A stretch of 64,000 nucleotides of DNA from assembly GCA_002269645.1 (NCBI GenBank), contig NIVC01001980.1, positions 62,001 to 126,000 on the forward strand. The letters are read 5' to 3'. The notes beneath the pieces were generated by a model. That model was not told the origin of the DNA and did not search any database. It worked only from the letters and a program-made list of their open reading frames with translations. A program made the translations under genes and the position numbers. This document shows, piece after piece, positions 22,641 through 35,100 of the stretch; position 1 is the stretch's first letter, and every line of letters starts with the position of its first letter. This DNA comes from Macrostomum lignano. Its lineage: Eukaryota.

Positions 22641-24106
22641 CCAGCTTTAACTTAATAACTCTGTGAAAGTCAATATCAGCCCATCATATACAGACTCAGC
22701 TGTATGTCCTTTATGTCTAAAACTATCTGTGTTGTTACTTTCGTTGTGAAGCAACAAACTTTTTATTTCTATTATTAGCGGTAGAAATTATATAATAATT
22801 GAATAAGATTAATTTAATAATATCATTGATTTGATTTCAAATGAATACCTACGTAACGCTTTGATTAAACTATTTTATTGCCACTACTTTACTCTGGTTG
22901 TCACGTTGTAGTCTGTGCTAATTGTTAATTGAATAATTACGGTCGCAGTATTCTTTATTATTGTCTAGGTTGCATGCATAATCTATTGTGTTTAGTGAAC
23001 TCTCCTTATCAACTAGTTTTTAGTTTAATAGTCTACTTGTGTCAAAGCTGGTTTTGTAGTTGAAATTCGTATGGATAATTTTTACCCTGATAAGACCGCT
23101 ATTTAAATATACAAAAACTGCTATGCTTAGCTGTGGTTACTAACGGGTAGTTACTATCGTAATTGTCTGACTTAATTTTTACGAGAATCAAAAAACTGTT
23201 TTTTAAAACAAACCGAAACTTTCCGCTGCTATTGAGTTGCGCAATGTCCTACTGTCAGTAGGCTATATATCAGTGCTGTAACCAAGGCCCACAAGCTAAT
23301 ACTCAGCTGATACACATGTAGTACATAAAAATTATGAAGATTTATTTGAAACCCCAACTTTCCAAATTGCTTTCAAAAGCAGCAAACTAAAAAGCAAATT
23401 ACAGGTGTCATATGCTTTCTACGTATTCTTATACCTTTTAATACATTTGCTTGACAATTTTTAACTTTAGTTGGTTCAAAATTCTCGTTACTTTAAAAAA
23501 ATCGAGATGAAAGTTAATTTTGGCAGTGAAAACTACCACAAGTATATTGGTCTCTTTTGCTATTTTTCATTCCGGAAAAAACTGAGTAATATTGACAAGA
23601 TAAGCAGAACCGTCTGAACCCTAGTAGAAAAAGGAAAAAACGATTTTCAAAAATTCGAACCAGGAAAGTAAAAATTAAACGATTGTGTTAGTTTATAGTA
23701 AATCAACGACAATTGTTAAAAAATTTAAAACTCATTAAAAACTTAGAAACTCTGTATTTGTTAAAACAATTGTTTAAAAATGTAAATTCTTATAAATTGT
23801 TATAAATTTACAATTGATAAACACTGATTTATTAAAAAATATTGTTCAGACTTGCAGATCGATACACCAACTTCACATACATTGAAGTTCAGACGCAGAA
23901 AAACTTCAAATCTATTTGGCGTATGCTGAAGAGTTCAATTAAATTTGCATAATCTCGAACTGTCACTACGTCCTCTTACTATAGAATAGCTACACGTGTG
24001 CTTAATGCAAGTGTGCACGATCTTCACCCAGTGCTACGTTTGCAGCGTTGGGCAAGCGGAAATGATGTCTGCGAGGGCACCGGGACAAATATTAGAAAGT
24101 TTGTTT

Positions 24107-24109
<3 letters not shown>

Positions 24110-24146
<37 letters not shown>
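24110..24146. repeat. (CA)n microsatellite
   Basis: Perfect dinucleotide run. Confidence 0.9.
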
Positions 24147-24149
<3 letters not shown>

Positions 24150-24600
24150 GCGCTCATAAGCCGACACGTGGACTGTGGGAGACTGTCCCAGTCAACCCTA
24201 AACTTATTCATCTTGTCAACATCTCGTTTCTTTCTCAACTTGTTTCACTATATCCATTCATCGTTCTTACAAATTTGCTAACTTTTATGATGAAGAGGAT
24301 CGGCACACAGCGACCGCGGGGCACTGGACTCAATGAGTGTGCACACAAAAATTGCATGCGAGACGTTGTGTCTGATTTTTTTCTGACAAGCAAAACGCTT
24401 CATGTGTGCATTTTATGCTTTTTTGTAAATGAATGCAGTGCATTGCCTTGATAGGAAAAGTTAGCAACAACTAAACATCCACCTTTAACTCACGGAGTCA
24501 CGTGGCATAGAAGTTGAGCATTGCGATTCAATAAACAAGCGAAGGTAAAAAGAGTTTCGTCCTAACATGAGGGGCTTATAGCTCTGATTTGCAGGCGTCG

Positions 24601-27552
24601 CTTCATTTGATTAGGCGCCATTTCAGTTGAGTAGGCGCCATTTCAGTTGAGTAGGCGCCATTTCAGTTGAGTAGGCGCCATTTTAGTTGAGTAGGTGCCA
24701 CTTCAGTTGAGTAGGCGCCATTTCAGTTGAGTAGGCGCCATTTCAGTTGAGTAGGCGCCATTTTAGTTGAGTAGGTGCCACTTCAGTTGAGTAGGCGCCA
24801 CTTCAGTTGAGTAGGCGCCATTTCAGTTGAGTAGGCGCCATTTCAGTTGAGTAGGCGCCATTTCAGTTGAGTAGGCGCCATTTCAGTTGAGTAGGCGCCA
24901 TTTCAGTTGAGTAGGCGCCATTTCAGTTGAGTAGGCGCCATTTCAGTTGAGTAGGCGCCATTTCAGTTGATTAGGCGCCATTTCAGTTGAGTAGGCGCCA
25001 TTTAATTTGAGTAGGCGCCACTTCAGTTGAGTAGGCGCCATTTCAGTTGAGTAGGCGCCATTTCAGTTGAGTAGGCGCCATTTCAGTTGAGTAGGCGCCA
25101 TTTCAGTTGAGTAGGCGCCATTTCAGTTGAGTAGGCGCCATTTCAGTTGAGTAGGCGCCATTTCAGTTGAGTAGGCGCCATTTCAGTTGAGTAGGCGCCA
25201 TTTCAGTTGAGTAGGCGCCACTTCAGTTGAGTAGGCGCCATTTCAGTTGAGTAGGCGCCATTTCAGTTGAGTAGGCACCATTTTAGTTGAGTAAACGCCA
25301 TTTCAGTTGAGTAGGCGCCATTTCAGTTGAGTAGGCGCCATTTCAGTTGAGTAGGCGCCATTTAATTTGAGTAGGCGCCATTTCAGTTGAGTAGGCGCCA
25401 CTTCAGTTGAGTAGGCGCCATTTCAGTTGAGTAGGCGCCATTTCAGTTGAGTAGGCGCCACTTCAGTTGAGTAAACGCCATTTCAGTTGAGTAGGCGCCA
25501 TTTCAGTTGAGTAGGCGCCATTTCAGTTGAGTACGCGCCACTTCAGTTGAGTAGGCGCCATTTCAGTTGAGTAGGCGCCATTTCAGTTGAGTAGGCGCCA
25601 TTTCAGTTGAGTAGGCGCCACTTCATTTGAGTAGGCACCATTTCAGTTGAGTAGTCGCCATTTAATTTGAGTAGGCGCCACTTCATTTGACTAGGCGCCA
25701 TCTCATTTGAGTAGGCGCCATTTCAGTTGAGTAGGCACCATTTCAGTTGAGTAGGCGCCATTTCAGTTGAGTAGGCGCCATTTCAGTTGAGTAGACGCCA
25801 CTTCAGTTGAGTAGGCGCCACTTCAGTTGAGTAGGCGCCATTTCAGTTGAGTAGGCGCCATTTCAGTTGAGTAGGCGCCACTTCAGTTGAGTAGGCGCCA
25901 TTTCAGTTGAGTAGGCGCCATTTCATTTGATTGGGCGCCATTTCATTTGAGTAGGCGCGATTGCAGTTGAGTAGGCGCAATTTCAGTTGAGTAGGCGCAA
26001 TTTCATTTGAGTAGGCGCCATTTAATTTGAGTAGGCACCATTTCAGTTGAGTAGGCGCCATTTCAGTTGAGTAGGCACCATTTCATTTGAGTAGGCGCCA
26101 TTTCAGTTGAGTAGGCGCCATTTCAGTTGAGTAGGCGCCATTTCAGTTGAGTAGGCGCCACTTCAGTTGAGTAGGCGCCATTTCAGTTGAGTAGGCGCCA
26201 TTTCAGTTGAGTAGGCGCCATTTCAGTTGAGTAAACGCCATTTCAGTTGAGTAGGCGCCATTTCAGTTGAGTAGGCGCCATTTCAGTTGAGTAGGCGCAA
26301 CTTCAGTTGAGTAGGCGCCATTTCAGTTGAGTAGGCGCCATTTCAGTTGAGTAGGCGCCACTTCAGTTGAGTAAACGCCATTTCAGTTGAGTAGGCGCCA
26401 TTTCAGTTGAGTAGGCGCCACTTCAGTTGAGTAGGCGCCATTTCAGTTGAGTAGGCGCCATTTCAGTTGAGTAGGCGCCATTTCAGTTGAGTAAACGCCA
26501 TTTTATTTGAGTAGGTGCCACTTCAGTTGAGTAGGCGCCATTTCAGTTGAGTAGGCGCCACTTCAGTTAAGTAGGCGCCACTTCAGTTGAGTAGGCGCCA
26601 TTTCAGTTGAGTAGGCGCCATTTCAGTTGAGTAGGCGCCATTTCAGTTGAGTAGGCGCCATTTCAGTTGAGTAGGCGCCACTTCATTTGAGTAGGCGCCA
26701 CTTCAGTTGAGTAGGCGCCACTTCAGTTGAGTAGGCGCCATTTTAGTTAAGTAAGCGCCATTTTAGTTGAGTAGGCGCCATTTCAGTTGAGTAGGCGCCA
26801 TTTCAGTTGAGTAGGCACCATTTTAGTTAAGTAAGCGCCATTTCATTTGAGTAGGCGCCACTTCAGTTGAGTAGGCACCATTTCATTTGAGTAGGCGTCA
26901 CTTCAGTTGAGTAGGCGCCATTTCAGTTGAGTAGGCGCCACTTCAGTTGAGTAGGCGCCATTTCAGTTGACTAGGTGCTATTTAATTTGAGTAGGCGCCA
27001 TTTCAGTTGAGTAGGCACCATTTTAGTTAAGTAAGCGCCATTTTAGTAGAGAAGGCACCATTTTAGTTGAGTAGGTGCCATTTAGTTGAGTAGGCGCCAC
27101 TTCATTTGACTAGGTGCTATTTAATTTGAGTAGGCGCCATTTCAGTTGAGTAGGCACCATTTTAGTTAAGTAAGCGCCATTTTAGTAGAGTAGGCACCAT
27201 TTTAGTTGAGTAGGTGCCATTTAGTTGAGTAGGCGCCACTTCATTTGACTAGGTGCTATTTAATTTGAGTAGGCGCCATTTCAGTTGAGTAGGCACCATT
27301 TTAGTTGAGTAGGCACCATTTCAGTTGAGTAGGCACCATTTTAGTTGAGTAGGCACCATTTTAGTTGAGTAAGCGCCATTTTAGTTGAGTAGGCACCATT
27401 TTAGTTGAGTAGGTGCCATTTAGTTGAGTAGGCGCCACTTCATTTGACTAGGTGCTATTTAATTTGACTAGGCGCCATTTCATTTGAGTAGGCGCCATTT
27501 CAGTTGAGTAGGCACCATTTTAGTTGAGTAAGCGCCATTTTAGTTGAGTAGG
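24601..27552. repeat. 20-bp satellite TTTCAGTTGAGTAGGCGCCA, about 147 copies
   Basis: Homogeneous tandem array, more diverged at the right end. Confidence 0.97.
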
Positions 27553-28260
27553 GGTCATAATTCTCAAATACAGTGTACTGCATGCTGCGTGCTTATTAAG
27601 CTTAATACTGTTGGAAAATTAATTCTCTGAATAGAAAAGACCGCCCATTTTGGCGGATTCGATTCCACAAACAAAAGCATTTTGACGCTCTCCCGTATAG
27701 ACTGCAAGCTCAACGGCTCTGCTTAACGCGAACGAGAATGCGAATAGCCAGAGGCTTCAAAAGAGGTGACGGAAAAAAGTGAGAAATGCAGAGCTCAATT
27801 TGGCCAGATGAATTACAAAATGCCCCCCCCCTTCTCTGGGAGCAGCTGGGTCAGAGCGGTTGTTTTGTGCGGCAGGTGTGAAGCTTAAGGGCAGCTGCAG
27901 CCGGAGCAATTATTCAACTGCCGATAAACAGAGCGGCTAATTATGGGGTTTTGACCTCCTCGAGCAGAGCTCAGCATTAACTCACAAGAATTTAAGCTTT
28001 ATAACAGCCTGTTGCTACCTCTCATTTCAATTTCAGGAGCGTAGCAATACCCATTGCAAAGCAAGATTGAGTTAGTTTATTAAATAATTACTGTACAGCA
28101 TTCGGCAGCACCGATGCTCGATTGGTAGATCGAACCCGCGATTTTGTCCGGGAACTGAGTAAGAGTTTTCACTGATTCACTGTCCAAGTTAATGCAAATT
28201 TGTGCCTGTTGAGCAATTGCTGTAACCTGTCATAAGGCATGAATACTGTTTACCGTAGCC

Positions 28261-28310
28261 CAGGGGTAGGAAAGGTCCGGCCATAGGCCACATGCGGCGG
28301 CCCGCGTAGC
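28261..28310. mobile_element. Possible hAT-type terminal fragment
   Basis: caggggtaggaaa...ggcccacatgcggc...ggcccgc resembles Charlie/Buster termini. Only one end seen. Confidence 0.3.
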
Positions 28311-28364
28311 CTCTCTTTCCGGCTCTCGGGTCCTTTGAGACTTCACAATAGCAATGCGGTGCGC

Positions 28365-28735
28365 TTAAGCTCTCTTCTCTCCTATCCCCTCGTCTCCTTT
28401 CCTTTCCTCTCCTCTCATCTCTCCTCTCTCTTTCATATCCTCTCCCTTCTCCTCTCTCATCTCTACCCTCTCATCTCTCATCTCTACCCTCTCATCTCTC
28501 ATCTCTCCCCTCTACTATCTCGTCTCTACCCTCTCCCCTCTCGTCTAACCCCTCTCCTCTCTCATCTCTCCCCTCTCCTCTCTCATCTCTCCCCTCTCCT
28601 CCCTCATCTCTACCCTCTCCTCTCTCATCTCTCCCCTCTCACCTCTCGTCTCTCCCCTCTACTATCTCATCTCTACCCTCTCACCTCTCATCTCTCCCCT
28701 CTACTATATCATCTCTCCCCTCTCCTCTCTTCAAT
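28365..28735. repeat. CT-rich degenerate 21-bp minisatellite
   Basis: ctcatctct(a/c)ccctctcct units. Confidence 0.85.
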
Positions 28736-29128
28736 CCTCTTATTTCAATCAGCGACTACCTGAACAGGTTGCCCGTCAAAGCTTTTTAAAAGTTCGCAAA
28801 TAAAAAAATTAACCGGCTTTTACATGAGAATAATTCTCATCGATTCCAGGCCGCACTACTTCATGATAGTAGATAGCAGTAGTATGTAAAAGGATTCCAG
28901 ACACCACCCCCATACCCATTACAAAGTCAAGTCATGCGCAGCTGTGGTGCCGACCAATCGGTGAAGACTTTGGCCTTCGCCTGCGGCGGTCCCTGCTCAG
29001 GCTGTGAGGAGGAGGAGGAGGAGGAGGAGGAGGAGCTTAAAAGCTCCTCAGCCGCCGCTGCCGCAGGCGCCTCAGTTGTAAATCTCCGCCAGTCGCTGAA
29101 GCTCAGAACTGCTGCTCCAGACGACAAC

Positions 29129-32100
29129 ATGCCGAAACAGCCGGAGTATCTGCTGCTTTTTCACGCCGTCACCTGCGGCCCAGCCGCCCCCGACTCGGAG
29201 CTGGCTGAGGAGCTGTCGCCGATCTGTCAGCTGGCTTATCTGGTGTACAATGTGCAGCAGAAGAAGGTGAAGATGGCATTAGAGTTTATTAGAGAGGCGC
29301 TACATTGTCTGTCTTGTTGTCTGTCTTTTTGTCTGTCTTGTTGTCTGTCTTTTTGTCTGTCTTGTCTGTCTTGTTGTCTGTCTTTTTGTCTGTCTTGTCT
29401 GTCTTGTTGTCTGTCTTTTTGTCTGTCTTGTCTGTCTTGTTGTCTGTCCTGTTGTCTGTATTGTCTGTCTTGTTGTCTGTCTTTTGTCTGTCTTGTCTGT
29501 CTTGTTGTCTGTCCTGTTATCTGTCTTGTTGTTTGCGTTGTCTGTCTTGTTGTCTGTCTTGTTGTTTGTCTTGTTGTCTCTTCCAGTGTTTGTTTAGAAA
29601 CTGTTCGGATTTAGCTTATGTACTTTTCGAAGAAACCTTGTCTTCAGAAAAGCTTTGTACTTGTTCAATTGTTCATGATGCACCCAAAGTGAGAAATTGT
29701 GACTAATAGTTCCCCTCCGGAAACTTACGAGTCTCCAGGTGATGACGCTGGCCCAACATCCGGTGAAGCCGCTTCTGCCGCCGGGACCTGCCGTCTCCTC
29801 AGATTTTTCCGAGGAAGCGGTCGAGACACGCGAAGACGGCCGGGCACCGGTGTCGGCGGACTGCACGGCGGTGACTGGCGTCACCGAGGAGTCGCTGGAT
29901 GCGGCCGCGCTTCTGGCCGACTGTCTAGACGAGGTGCGATAGTGGATTATCCCTGAGTGCTGTTCGATCCTTCCATTCTGGCCCTGCCTCTATGGATGCG
30001 AATCCCCAGAACCCTGGATGCGAGTCCCCAAACCCTGGATGCGAGTCCCCAGAACCCTGGATGCGAGTCCCCAGAACCCTGGATGCGAGTCCCCAGAACC
30101 CTGGATGCGAGTCCCTAGAACCCTGGATGCGAGTCCCCAGAACCCTGGATGCGAGTCCCCAGAACCCTGGATGCGAGTCCCCAGAACCCTGGATGCGAGT
30201 CCCCAGAACCCTGGATGCGAGTCCCTAGAACCCTGGATGCGAGTCCCCAGAACCCTGGATGCGAGTCCCCAGAACCCTGGATGCGAGTCCCTAGAGCTTT
30301 ATCTCTGAGCCGGTCTTCAATCTTTTAACAGATGGACCGAGCCTTGCTAAACGCGGGCGTCCATCCCAGCGCTGACGGTCGCGACCTCCGTCTGATCACT
30401 GACGGACAGGCGCCACTGCGCCTCCTGCTGCACCCGGAGGCCGCCGCCAAGGGTATCCGCCTGCCCAGCTACTGCTACGCCTTCCACGACCTGCGCAAGG
30501 AGTTCTGCAGGGCGCGCCGTAGCCGACAGCCCGCCACTTCGCTGGAGGAAATGATGGCTGGTCTGTCCTGCCAGCTGTCTTCGTGTCTGTCTGTCTCGTG
30601 TGTCTGTCTGTCTGTCTGTCTATGCATCCGTCTTGTGTGTCTGTTTGTTTTGTGTCTGTCTCAGTGTCTGACTTGTGCTATTCTTAGAGCATGTTTGTTT
30701 GCTTGTCTCACCCAACAGAATGTCCCATACTCGCAGAGCTGGGGCTGCAGCAGCAACATCAGCAAGCCGGGGAGCCTGTCGCAGCGGCAGCCGCAGCGGC
30801 AGCGGCCAGGACTCAGGACACGGGCTTCAGCGCTAGCATGTGCCTGGCCATGTCTCGCATCATTGGCTGCCTGCTTGAAGACGGTGAGTTCCCGTCTGCC
30901 GGATAGTGATAACTGGAGGCAGCACACTCAGTGTCAAGGCCGGCTTCAAGCAACGCAGGCGCAGCTGTTCTTATCTATACTTCATTCCGCTTTTAGGGCA
31001 CAAGTTTCTGGAGCCGGAATCGATATCAAAGGAGTACCGCCCGGCGTTGATGTGAGTTCAGTTGTACCTAAGTACCCGAACCATAACCATAACCCTAACC
31101 CTAACCCAAACCCTAACCCTATCCATAACCCTAACCCTAAACCTAACCCTAACCCTAACCCTATCCCTAACCCTAAACTTAACCCTAACCCTAACGTTGT
31201 GGATGTACATCGGTTTCGTCTTAGCTACTGAAATAACAAAAGATCATTTCTAAAAGCACTCAGAGCCGTATCGATTTTACATGTATAGGGGTTGTAGCCT
31301 AGTGGTTAGAGCGTCTGTCTCGCGACTTGAAGGTCGGGGATTCGATTCCCGATCCCACTGGAACAATTTGTGTCTTTTTATGCAAGACACTTAACTTTGC
31401 ATTGCTTCAGTTCACTCAGCTGTAAAATGGGTGCCAGCATTAGCTGGGGTAGTTGAGGGTGTGTGTGGCGATCCTCCAGTCCTTGGACTGAACAGCCGTA
31501 CGCAGCCTTCAGATGCGCCGCGCAAATAACTGCGGCTGAGCTGTCGGTTGCACATATCGGCCTATTGGGGCAGGTGTAATCAGTTATTGTTACTATTATC
31601 GATATTAAAATCTAATTTAATATCGCATTGTTCGTTTAAAAAAGGAATTAATTAGATTTTACGTTTCGATCAAATTTAAAATGCTTACTAAAGTCAGCTC
31701 ACTTAAATATCAGCCCACTAGTGCAGCATGTATAAACTGTATGCGGGACAAAAATGGACTCAGATGCCTAAAGCTTTGAGTCTTTGATTAATATTAAGCC
31801 CTATATACAGATTGTCTTATCTTTCCTATCCAGATACTGTGTTTAAATCTCCTTGATAGCATGAACGTGATGTCTGGTTGGATTTGTCTATCTCTACCGG
31901 TAGTTCCCGCAATTTCAACCCCCGAACCGGCAGCCGCAAATCCGAGCCGGTCGAGCCCGAGACGGTGGTGCGACTGCGCGGCCTCCCCTGGCAGGCCGGC
32001 GACATCGAGGTGGCCACCGTCTTCTTCAGCGGCCTCAACGTCTGTCCGGGCGGCGTCGCCCTCGTTCTCAGCCGGACAGGCGGCCGGCGCAACGGCGAAG

Positions 32101-35100
32101 CCCTCGTCCGTTTCGAATGCGCCGAGCACCGAGACTTGGCGCTGCTGCGCCACCGGCGCCACCTGGGCCGGCGCTACATCGAGGTGTTCAAGGCCAACGC
32201 GCGCGACTACCTGGCCGTGGCCGCCGCCTGCACGGCGGAGGCCGAGGAATTCCTGGCTCGGCTTGACGGCTCCGGGCAGCAGCTCATCCGCATGCGGGGC
32301 CTCCCCTACGTGGTCACCGCGGAGCAGGTGGTGAGCGACAACTCTTGCCAGCCCTGACACCAGATCTGACACCAGCCCTGACACCAGCCCTGACACCAGC
32401 CCTGACAACAGCCCTGACACCACTCCTGCCAGCCCTGACACCAGCCCTGACACTAGCCCTGACACCAGCCCTGACACCAGCCCTGACACTAGCCCTGAAA
32501 CCAGCCCTGACAACAGCCCTGACACCAGTCTCAATTATATCAAGTTCTACACAACTTGTAAAACAAACTACCAACAAGTATACGGTAGCTTGAAATATTC
32601 AACGCACCCTTCGGGTGCAATCTCAGCAGACCTAGCAGAGTTAACACGCTGCTAGGCCTTTGGCGGCTTGGTCTGGGAGACTTTTTTATCAAGCTTGTTT
32701 CTCTCACAGCAGCGGCAGGCGGCCAGGCGCTCAGCGTTATCACAGACTGGGCTGCGGTTTTAGCTGGTAGTTATACAGTCTGCATTCAGTGATCTCGTCT
32801 GCGATCCACCGCTGCCAACGAATGCGCCCTGGGTTGTGTGTGTGCAATGCGGTTGGTTCGCGTTAACGCAAAAGAGATCTAATTGTTGCTTGAAAGTATT
32901 AGCTGTTTTTTTAGCCTGGAATCGCTTTATCAGATATTATGGCTTCAAGTGCAGAGGGACTTGCTTTTCAAGCATATAAACTGGTATTATTGTCTAGCTA
33001 AATATTTAGTACATTCAGGGGTCAGTAACACGAACAGCTGACACCTCAGACGTTCAGGTGGCTTTGACAGATCTTTGGCGGTAGGGGTTCCAAAGGGTTC
33101 CAAGGGGTTCCAAGGGGTTCCAAGGGGTTCCAAGGGGTTCCAAGGGGTTCCAAGGGGTTCCAAGGGGTTCCAAGGTGTTCCAAGGTGTTCCAAAGGGTTC
33201 CAAGGGGTTCCAAGGGGTTTTGAGGTATTTCAACGGATGTATTGGCGGAGAAAGTGTCACTGAGAGAATATCCAGAGAGGTTTTCCTGGGTAATCGGTTC
33301 GAAATGGAACCGGTTGGTTATAAAAAAATTTTCGAAGCTCCTCGTAGTGTTCCGAGAGAATATACGCTCGCATGAGGTTCCGAAGCATTACCAGAGTTCT
33401 GAAAGAATGTAAGCTCGTAAGTAGTTTGGTAATACATTTACAGCTATGCACTATATTACTACTAAGTAGGCACTAGCGAAAACGACAATTATTCTCTCTA
33501 AAACAAAAAACTCGTCCCCTGCTTTGCCCAGCTGGAATTCTTCGACAAGTCGTCCTGCCCGGTGCAGTTCGGCCGTGACGGGCTGCTCTTTGCCCAGCGC
33601 GCCGACGGACGCGCCACCGGCGACGCCTTTGCTCTGTTTGCCAGCTCCGAGCGCGCCGAGCGCGCCCTGGAACGCGGCCACCGTCAGCACATCGGCAGCC
33701 GCTACGTGGAATTGTTCAAATCAACCCCGGCTGAGCTCAACCAGGTGCTGGGCGGCTTTCAACAACAACAGCAGCAGCAGCAGCAGCAGCAGGTTTATCA
33801 GCATCAAAAGCAACAGCAGCAAATGCACAGTCAGCAACAACAACAACAACAGCAGCAGCAGCAAAAGCAACAACAGCTGCAGCAGCTGTGGCACCAGCGG
33901 CATTTGCTACGCATCGGCGGGATGCCTGCAGAAGCGACCGTTGCCGACATCCTCGGCTTTCTTGAGCAGCACGCGGCCGGCATCGCCTACCAGGTGAACC
34001 TTTTTCGTCACAGCTTCACTCCAGGTGGATTCTCCCAGCAGAGCCCCATGATGGATTCCCGAGGAAAATCCCATGATTGAATTCCCAAGGAAAATCCCAT
34101 GATGGATTTCTATGATGGCTTCGCCTAAGAAAACCCCATGATGGATTTCCATGGATTCCTCGAGGATAATTTCATAATGGATTTCCATGGATTCCCCGGG
34201 AAAATCCCATGATGCTCCCATTATGGATTCCCAAATGAAAATCCCGTGATGGAATTCCCAAAGAAAATCAAATCATGGATTTCTCATGATGGATTCCCCG
34301 AGGAAAATCCCATGATGGATTTCCATGGATTCCCCGAGGAAAATCCCATGATGGATTTCCATGGATTACCCGAGGAAAATCCCATGATGGATTTCCATGG
34401 ATTCCCCGAGGAAAATCCCATGATGGATTTCCATGGATTTCCCCGAGGAAAATCGAATCATGGATTTCCATGAATTCCCCGAGGAAAATCGAATCATGGA
34501 TTTCCATGAATTCCCCGAGGAAAATCCCATAATGGATTTCCCATGATGGATTTCCGAGGAAAATCCCATGATGGATTTCCTATGATGGATTCCATAAAAG
34601 CCAACTTAGAATTTGTTGGTGTAAAATCGATGTCAAGGATTTCCAGATAGAAATAGAAACGAAACTTCCGAATGGCAAACTCAAATATTCGTTGCAATTA
34701 TTCAGAAAATAAATTCTTCCATAGCTGTATTATGTTAAACCACCATGCATCCAACCAGGGGGTGCACCAGGTGTTAAATCACCTGGGTCAGCCCACCGGC
34801 GAGGCGGTCATCGAGATGACGTCAGACTGGGCAGCCCGGATGGCCTGCGAGGCCAAGGACGGCAGTCAGTTCTGGAGACTGGACGGCCGGGGACCGGGCG
34901 GAGTGATTGTCGAAGTGCAGCTCTGCGGCACTGCCGAATTGCCGCCACCTCCGCCTCCGCCTCCGCCGCCGCCGCTGCCGCAGCACCTGCTGCCACCGCC
35001 AAATCCGTCGCCTCTGATGTCGCACGCCCCGATGTTGCTGCCGCAGTTTCCGTTGCTGACGGTGGCGCACTGCCAGCCGCCCTATTTCCCGGCCAATCTG

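Noticed and set aside
24601-27552. CRISPR-like array
   Set aside because: Head-to-tail satellite without unique spacers, eukaryotic context, no cas genes. The same applies to 37925-38280 and 51971-56423.
28110-28200. tRNA-like sequence on the minus strand
   Set aside because: B-box-like GGTTCGATC only. The A box and cloverleaf are unconvincing.
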